64,000 bases of DNA from Gammaproteobacteria bacterium. GTDB taxonomy: Bacteria; Pseudomonadota; Gammaproteobacteria; Legionellales; Legionellaceae. Location of the stretch: contig JAPLRL010000035.1 in assembly GCA_026399205.1 (NCBI GenBank), forward strand, positions 15,310-79,309, read 5' to 3'. Shown in pieces: positions 58,781 to 64,000 of the stretch. The position numbers and the translations under genes were made by a program. The stretch's first letter is position 1. Each line of letters starts with the position of its first letter. Under the pieces are notes generated by a model that had not been told where the DNA came from, did not search any database, and was given only the letters and a program-made list of their open reading frames with translations.

Positions 58781-58949
58781 GTAGGGTGGACAAAGGAGCC
58801 CCACTATAAATTTTTCGGTTTCTGGAATCTTCTGGGCGACGTGTCCACCGGTGGCTCGGCGGTGGCTCAGTGCCGCCCATGGTGGGCACGTCGCCCGGAA
58901 GATCCCAGTCAACAGAAAGCCCTGTGCGGGGCTCCTTTGTCCACCCTAC
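58781..58949. repeat. E-family repeat, full length, 169 bp (E2)
   Basis: Has 20-bp terminal inverted repeats GTAGGGTGGACAAAGGAGCC / GGCTCCTTTGTCCACCCTAC. An internal hairpin is present (GGCGACGTGTCCACC..GGTGGGCACGTCGCC). It lies between bioA and coaE. Confidence 0.85.
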
Positions 58950-58978
58950 GACTTCGTTTGGAAAAAAGGTGAAACTAT

Positions 58979-59716
58979 ATGTATTGTATCGGCTTAACTG
59001 GGCGCATCGCTAGTGGCAAAAGCACTGTTGCTCGCTTTTTCCAAGACCTTGGCGTTCCTGTCATTAGCGCCGATCAACTCAATCACGGCCTATTACAAAA
59101 AGACACCCCCGCATATCAGGCTATCTTGCAACATTTTGGCACAAAAGTATTGGGTGACGATCAGAGCATCAATAAAGCTTTTTTAAAAGAAAAATTAATA
59201 CACCATCCTCAAGAGCGCCAATGGCTTGAAGCCTTATTACATCCCATGATTCAAGCTTTAATTCAACAGCAGATTCAAGCCTTGGTCGCGCCTTACTGTG
59301 TGATCGAAATCCCCCTGAAAATCAAAAAAACCGACTACCCCTATTTAGATCGCATTTTACTGATCGATTGTGATGAATCCACTCAATTACAGCGCCTGAT
59401 GGAGCGAGATAAAGTATCTCAGGCTAATGCGCATGCATTGATACAGATTCAAGACAGTAGAGAAGCCTATCGTCGCACAGGAGATGACATCATTGATACA
59501 TCAGGTCATCCCACAGAAGTACGTCATCCCACAGAAGTACGTCATCCCACAGAAGTACGTCATCCCGCAGAAGTACGTCATCCCGAGCATAGCGAGGGAT
59601 CTCCTCATATAAGCACAGTGCCAATCGAAAGGAGATCCCTCACTATGTTCGGGATAACAAAAATAATCAAAAAATTACACGCTCAATATTTACAATACGC
59701 AAGACAGAAGTCATGA
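58979..59716 (+). CDS. coaE: dephospho-CoA kinase with an in-frame repeat-derived insertion of about 51 aa
   Basis: Shows IGLTGRIASGKST (P-loop), ..LLHPMI.. and ..GDDIIDTSG. Then comes the insertion [HPTEVRx3, HPAEVR, HPEHSEGSPHISTVPIERRSLTMFGIT]. Then comes KIIKKLHAQYLQYA, matching the E. coli CoaE C-terminus ..DDVIDNNG..RLHAHYLQLA. Confidence 0.85.
   Translation: MYCIGLTGRIASGKSTVARFFQDLGVPVISADQLNHGLLQKDTPAYQAILQHFGTKVLGDDQSINKAFLKEKLIHHPQERQWLEALLHPMIQALIQQQIQALVAPYCVIEIPLKIKKTDYPYLDRILLIDCDESTQLQRLMERDKVSQANAHALIQIQDSREAYRRTGDDIIDTSGHPTEVRHPTEVRHPTEVRHPAEVRHPEHSEGSPHISTVPIERRSLTMFGITKIIKKLHAQYLQYARQKS
59505..59576 (+). repeat. 18-bp tandem repeat x4 (GTCATCCCACAGAAGTAC) abutting repeat C8 inside coaE
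   Basis: There are three identical units plus one with a single A-to-G change. Each unit begins with the C-family terminal octamer GTCATCCC and encodes the in-frame hexapeptide repeat (HPTEVR x3, HPAEVR). Confidence 0.9.
59577..59658. repeat. C-family repeat inside coaE (C8)
   Basis: GTCATCCCGAGCATAGCGAGGGATCTCC..GCACAGTGCC..GGAGATCCCTCACTATGTTCGGGATAAC. It shares the central GCACAGTGCC with C3. Confidence 0.85.
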
Positions 59717-59747
59717 TGTAACTTGCATTCTTACGTGTTGATCGCTC

Positions 59748-60497
59748 ATGCCACAACATCTTAGCCTCACCTATCAAGTTGCAACCCACTATCTATCAAA
59801 GATAGCGTTACGTATTGAAGTGTTATTTGAGCGCATTAACGCGGCAACGCATAGTGAAGAACCCGCCGTTCACCATCTGGCTCTCTTGCATCTGATCGAA
59901 TTAAGCAAACTCGTTGAAAAACCTGAATTAAAAGGCCGCTTTTTAAAAGAACTCATGCGTTTTGATTATACCTTAAGCAAACAAACGCCCCCTTTACCAG
60001 ATGAAATAATGGCAACGTTACATGAACAAATTCACCTTTTATCGCACCTCACCCACCGATTTGGTGAAGCATTACATAAAGATCCGTTTTTACAAGCTGT
60101 CTATACCCATCAACACCATCACCACGACATCGAGCTCGATCCCCTCCCTTTATTTTATTGGCTAGAACAAGATCCGCAGCATAGAATCAACGCATTACAG
60201 GAGTGGCTCCAGCATTTAACCGTGGTGTATGACGCGGTCAAACTGTATTTATCGATCATTCGTCATTGCACGCCATTTCAAGCCATCGTCATTAAAAATG
60301 GCTTTCACCAACAAACCGTCCATGAAAAAAGAACATGTCATTTGATTATTTTGTGTTTATCTAAACGCATTGAATGGATCCCTAAAATCCAAGTCGGTCA
60401 TTATGGCATCACGATTAGTTTATGTGATAAAACCACGTTAAAAGAAAGCCATCCGGTGGATGTTCAGGCTGATTTGGCGGTTTGTGTGTTGTATTAG
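59748..60497 (+). CDS. zapD: cell division protein ZapD (YacF)
   Basis: Sits in the conserved coaE-zapD order. The length and pattern fit: ..LRIEVLFERI.., ..FLKELMR.., ..PLPLFYWL.., ..PKIQVGHYGITISL.., C-terminal ..DLAVCVLY (compare E. coli ..ELACC). Confidence 0.75.
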   Translation: MPQHLSLTYQVATHYLSKIALRIEVLFERINAATHSEEPAVHHLALLHLIELSKLVEKPELKGRFLKELMRFDYTLSKQTPPLPDEIMATLHEQIHLLSHLTHRFGEALHKDPFLQAVYTHQHHHHDIELDPLPLFYWLEQDPQHRINALQEWLQHLTVVYDAVKLYLSIIRHCTPFQAIVIKNGFHQQTVHEKRTCHLIILCLSKRIEWIPKIQVGHYGITISLCDKTTLKESHPVDVQADLAVCVLY

Positions 60498-60509
60498 ATA
60501 CTCCGAATA

Positions 60510-60535
60510 GTAGCCTGGATGCATCCAGGCTACTG
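60510..60535. terminator. 26-bp perfect palindrome (F2); candidate bidirectional terminator between convergent zapD and the 1061-aa ORF
   Basis: AGTAGCCTGGATGCATCCAGGCTACT lies 13 nt after the zapD stop and 4 nt after the opposing stop. No clear U-tract is present, so terminator function is inferred from position only. Confidence 0.45.
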
Positions 60536-60538
60536 TTC

Positions 60539-63500
60539 TTAACTTAAGTTGCATCGCTCGGGGTTCGCACTCACTTCAGGCATCACAACAATAGGCGTTT
60601 CCACATACTTCTCAGCCGCTTCATGAAGCCCTTGCTGAAATCTCATGCAATCCTCAGGATTTGCAAAATAACTCGCCAAAAGCTGTGGAAACAGTGTCAA
60701 CACATCAGCTTGACCTTGATACAAACTCATCAAGAGACCCGCGCGAGGCTCGGAAACATATTGTGCATGATACCAGGCCCAATTCTGGATTTCCGCAACA
60801 TCATCACCGACCAAAGGTAATCGATAGGTCTGAATAACCTCCAAGGTGGTGAAATAAAAATAATATTGATAAAACTCAACAAACAATTTCATATCCGCAA
60901 TGGAATGTAGCTGCGGTGTAGGCAGCGCATCTAATGCCCTTGGAAAACACTGCAGCATATTATCGTCAACCTGTGTTTTTGATAAGCACTCTCCAAATTG
61001 ACGCGTACGCCAGAGCCATCCACCGACAAGATCTGCAAAAGACTTAAGGGGCACCATCAGCGGTTGGAGACGGGGTACACACTGCCGATTTTCCATATCT
61101 AAAGGCGCTCCCGCCAAATAGGCCTGAAGATGTTCTCTATAACAGGTGATAAGAAAAGTACGTTCAACGATGCTGAGTCTTTGCAAAACAGGATAGTCTG
61201 TAACGTTTTTTACAAAAAAAATATCGGGTAAATCAGTTGGAATACCATATCGGTCATAAGAGATGACTTGCGGTGATCGAGAGGCTGGTTGAAAAAACTG
61301 TGGCGTATTTGATTCAGTCGGGGGTAACGATGGAGGCGGAGGCGGAGCGACGGAGCTCCCCTCGTTTGCCACCCTCCCTTCATCAGGAGATTCCGAGCTC
61401 TGCTCCGGATGACGGGACCTAGCACGTGGTTGTTCTATATTTTCCGCCTGAAAACGTTCTTTATTACTCCAGCATTCCAATGCCAGCCAACTAGCCTGCT
61501 CTTCTTGATCAATCAATTGATGTGCACTATCAGACTCCGCCATCATGCATGTCTGTGCTTTAAATTGCGAAAACCTAAACCGAATGGCTTGTACATCACT
61601 GGTTTTTTGCTTCACCATCCCTTGAAATTGGGTGGTTTGTTCATCAGTTAGAGAGACTCTGAGACTTTTTTCATTTCCGACAATGTTTTCCCTCTCTTGT
61701 TCTCGCTGCAATTTGACTTGCGTTTGATGACGCTCTTCAAGACTTCGCTTTACAGCAGAAATAGACCTCACGTCTTTATCATATGCTTCACTATTGACCT
61801 TTCGTTGTTTTTTTTCTGTGCTTTGGATGCTCGCGAATTGATCAGCATACCCTGCAGCATATCCTTGTTGAATGTCTTGCGCCTCAATACGATATAACTC
61901 GCTACGTGCCTGCTCTTCTTCATCTACCTGAGCTTGAATCAGTTTATCTCGGGCCTTAATATTTTCATCTGAAAATTGTTTTAACGCATCCAGTGCCCAT
62001 TTCCAATGGCATTCAGGCCAGCGTTCGCGATAAGACTGATAAAGGCCATAAATTGCGCCAAGACGTAGCAAGAGCGTTGGAAAAATCCGCTCAACTTGTC
62101 GATAGGTTAAATCCAAAATTTTATCCTGGCTAGACAGCTGTAAAGATCGTGGCTTTTTAGTCGACAATAAATTCACTTTCTGCGAAAGCAATATAAAATC
62201 ATACACTTCAGGATATAAATTCAAATACGCTTTCAGGGACAGTGAATAAAGCAAAAGCTCTTGATATAAATCAATGCGCCTTAAATTTTTCGCTTCTAAA
62301 CTCAGTGTAACCTGTTTAAATAAAGACAGGAGCGCATAAAAATCAATGTTATAAATGCGTTGAGGAGATTTTTTATATCCAAGGATTTTATGAGAGTATG
62401 TTTCAAGTTGTCCTGTATGCCCACCCAAATAAAATTCAGGTAACAGCGCGATATAATCTTCAGGCACTTCACCTTGCATCATCTCAAGATGGAACAGCCC
62501 AGGATATTGCCTAAACCCCGTGCTTAAATGTGATAAATTCGGTGTAAGCCTACGCGCTTGTGGCGTGGGAAAAACTTCACGCATAAGATGCTTATACATC
62601 TCATACGGAATCTTCGACAACAGTGCGGTCAATAGCAAATGAGAAGGTTTTAACAAGCTGAGCATCGGTAAAAAGGCTTCCAAACCAAAAGTTCGACTCG
62701 CCATTCTGCACATCGATTCATAGGTATCAGGATAAATCACTGCGGTAAAAACAATCCCGTTTGGCATGATCATATCAAAACCACATCCGGGTTTATCAAC
62801 CGGCGTTTCATTCTCTTGTGTGAGTGGATCCACAAAGCGTAAAGTTCCAATACTAATGGCTTGACCTGCCTCATTGAAGCAAATCGATTTAATGCGACCA
62901 GGAGAATGAATGGTCGCAGGCCCACAGATGCGCCCTTCTTTCAACGCGCCTTTATAGCGCAAAGGAAACAACGTACCTTCGAGTATTAAACCATCACGGT
63001 ATTCTGTACGAATCTTTAAACCCAAATGTACGACATCAGGTAAAACATGGTCGACATTACTGGGTGTATACGTGATTAATTCACCCTGTGGATCTGTTAT
63101 TTTTTGATTTTTCAGGTGTGGCGTAATCCGTCCATGCGAGGACATTAATATGAGGTTTGAGCTCATGTTTTTGAACTCAAAAATGTCAGCCATCCAAGTG
63201 TTACTGTGTTTTTTGGTCTTGCGTTTTTCTATATGAGTAGAATAATAACTAAAATTATGAGGGTCACTCACCCAGTGAGTCGTTACCAGGGTATAAAATG
63301 GATGGCTATCTATATAAGGATAAGACTCTGTAGGACAATGAAACCCAACATAATCAGCTTCAGTATAAATACACGTCTCCATGTAGTTCTTTTCTGCAAC
63401 CATACAGGTGTTACCGAAAACCCATGACGAATGTCGATATATCCCTTTTGATAAACGCTCTTGCATATGCAACTTATATACAAAAGGCGCAGGGAGCGCC

Positions 63501-63724
63501 TTATCTGTGTGTGCGAGTATCTCCTCAATCCATTGACGCCGTAGAGAAAGCTCCCCCTGATCATTATATTCGTCTAGAGAAAAAATACGAAAACCACCTG
63601 CCAGGAACGAAACGGATCGATGGCGCAAATGCCGCCAGACTAGAACATTCTCGGGTGCTGGATGGGTGATGAGTTGCTGATATAAGGTTTTCTTGCCGTT
63701 GTATTCGATGAAAGGAGTGGGCAT
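60539..63724 (-). CDS. large hypothetical protein (1061 aa) with a central coiled-coil and a repeat-derived Pro-rich linker
   Basis: Long uninterrupted ORF. I recognise no domain. Residues ..RSRHPEQSSESPDEGRVANEGSSVAPPPPPSLPP.. correspond to a degenerate C-family repeat. Confidence 0.6.
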   Translation of the reverse strand: MPTPFIEYNGKKTLYQQLITHPAPENVLVWRHLRHRSVSFLAGGFRIFSLDEYNDQGELSLRRQWIEEILAHTDKALPAPFVYKLHMQERLSKGIYRHSSWVFGNTCMVAEKNYMETCIYTEADYVGFHCPTESYPYIDSHPFYTLVTTHWVSDPHNFSYYSTHIEKRKTKKHSNTWMADIFEFKNMSSNLILMSSHGRITPHLKNQKITDPQGELITYTPSNVDHVLPDVVHLGLKIRTEYRDGLILEGTLFPLRYKGALKEGRICGPATIHSPGRIKSICFNEAGQAISIGTLRFVDPLTQENETPVDKPGCGFDMIMPNGIVFTAVIYPDTYESMCRMASRTFGLEAFLPMLSLLKPSHLLLTALLSKIPYEMYKHLMREVFPTPQARRLTPNLSHLSTGFRQYPGLFHLEMMQGEVPEDYIALLPEFYLGGHTGQLETYSHKILGYKKSPQRIYNIDFYALLSLFKQVTLSLEAKNLRRIDLYQELLLYSLSLKAYLNLYPEVYDFILLSQKVNLLSTKKPRSLQLSSQDKILDLTYRQVERIFPTLLLRLGAIYGLYQSYRERWPECHWKWALDALKQFSDENIKARDKLIQAQVDEEEQARSELYRIEAQDIQQGYAAGYADQFASIQSTEKKQRKVNSEAYDKDVRSISAVKRSLEERHQTQVKLQREQERENIVGNEKSLRVSLTDEQTTQFQGMVKQKTSDVQAIRFRFSQFKAQTCMMAESDSAHQLIDQEEQASWLALECWSNKERFQAENIEQPRARSRHPEQSSESPDEGRVANEGSSVAPPPPPSLPPTESNTPQFFQPASRSPQVISYDRYGIPTDLPDIFFVKNVTDYPVLQRLSIVERTFLITCYREHLQAYLAGAPLDMENRQCVPRLQPLMVPLKSFADLVGGWLWRTRQFGECLSKTQVDDNMLQCFPRALDALPTPQLHSIADMKLFVEFYQYYFYFTTLEVIQTYRLPLVGDDVAEIQNWAWYHAQYVSEPRAGLLMSLYQGQADVLTLFPQLLASYFANPEDCMRFQQGLHEAAEKYVETPIVVMPEVSANPERCNLS
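61340..61414. repeat. degenerate C-family repeat inside the 1061-aa ORF (C9)
   Basis: The minus strand reads CGTCATCCGGAGCAGAGCTCGGAATCTCC, against consensus CGTCATCCCGAGCGTAGCGAGGGATCTCC (about 6 mismatches in 29). The partner arm is weaker (GGAGCTCCGTCGCTCCGCC). Confidence 0.55.
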
Positions 63725-63833
63725 AAGGGTGTTTATTTTATAATTTGTAAGACTAAATAAATTCTACGTGAATTTATTTTGATCTTCAATGCTAAACACG
63801 GCTGTCGCATTATAATTTGATCAATCTGCTGTA

Positions 63834-63855
63834 GTAGGTTGGGCCTTGGCCCAAC
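63834..63855. repeat. B-family solo arm (B5)
   Basis: GTAGGTTGGGCCTTGGCCCAAC, 2 bp upstream of the left target duplication of C10 (10 bp upstream of the element itself). Confidence 0.7.
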
Positions 63856-63865
63856 AATCTGATTA

Positions 63866-63979
63866 GTAACTCCCCACGTCATCCTGAGCGCCAGCGAAGG
63901 ATCTCCTGCTAATTAGCACATTGCTAGCTAGGGGGGATCCTTCGCTGGCGCTCAGGATGACGTGTACCTGGGTAGTTAC
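63866..63979. mobile_element. C-family MITE, short palindromic form (C10)
   Basis: GTAACTCCCCACGTCATCCTGAGCGCCAGCGAAGGATC ... GATCCTTCGCTGGCGCTCAGGATGACGTGTACCTGGGTAGTTAC. It is flanked by identical 8-bp direct repeats TCTGATTA (63858..63865 and 63980..63987). Confidence 0.85.
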
Positions 63980-64000
63980 TCTGATTATTAGATTTAGATT

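Noticed and set aside
1-64000. Defence systems, toxin-antitoxin pairs, prophage, secretion-system or biosynthetic gene clusters
   Set aside because: I looked for them ORF by ORF. No nuclease/helicase/methylase clusters, small paired ORFs, phage structural genes or secretion-apparatus genes are recognisable in this window.

Overview
The window is AT-biased gammaproteobacterial chromosome, mostly housekeeping genes. The gene content and the orphan proteins look Legionellales-like, but that placement is inference only. Recognisable genes include large NAD-GDH (partial), nusB-thiL-pgpA, glyA, an RND efflux pair, ygfZ, a ClC channel, acnA, bamD, tRNA-Ser(UGA), fadL, manC, kdsD-kdsC-lptC-lptA-lptB, relA, rluB, trpS, yciO, dusA, recJ, bioA/bioB-bioF-bioH-X-bioD, coaE and zapD. 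Five or six orphan or coiled-coil ORFs are scattered among them. The main feature is saturation with small palindromic, MITE-like repeats. I count at least six families and about 35 copies, with no transposase gene in the window. They fill almost every intergenic gap longer than about 100 bp, and several lie inside coding sequence. One splits a PAS-GGDEF gene with a clean 8-bp target duplication. Others are read in frame inside coaE, lptC and a 1061-aa orphan. Others supply the lptC stop and probable lptA start, or the stop codons of an RND pump and two orphan ORFs. A signal-peptide-bearing glutathionylspermidine-amidase-like CHAP protein sits, apparently translationally coupled, where bioC is expected in the biotin operon. 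I saw no CRISPR array, prophage, IS element or recognisable defence system. All calls come from reading the sequence and ORF translations by eye; no searches or statistics were run.
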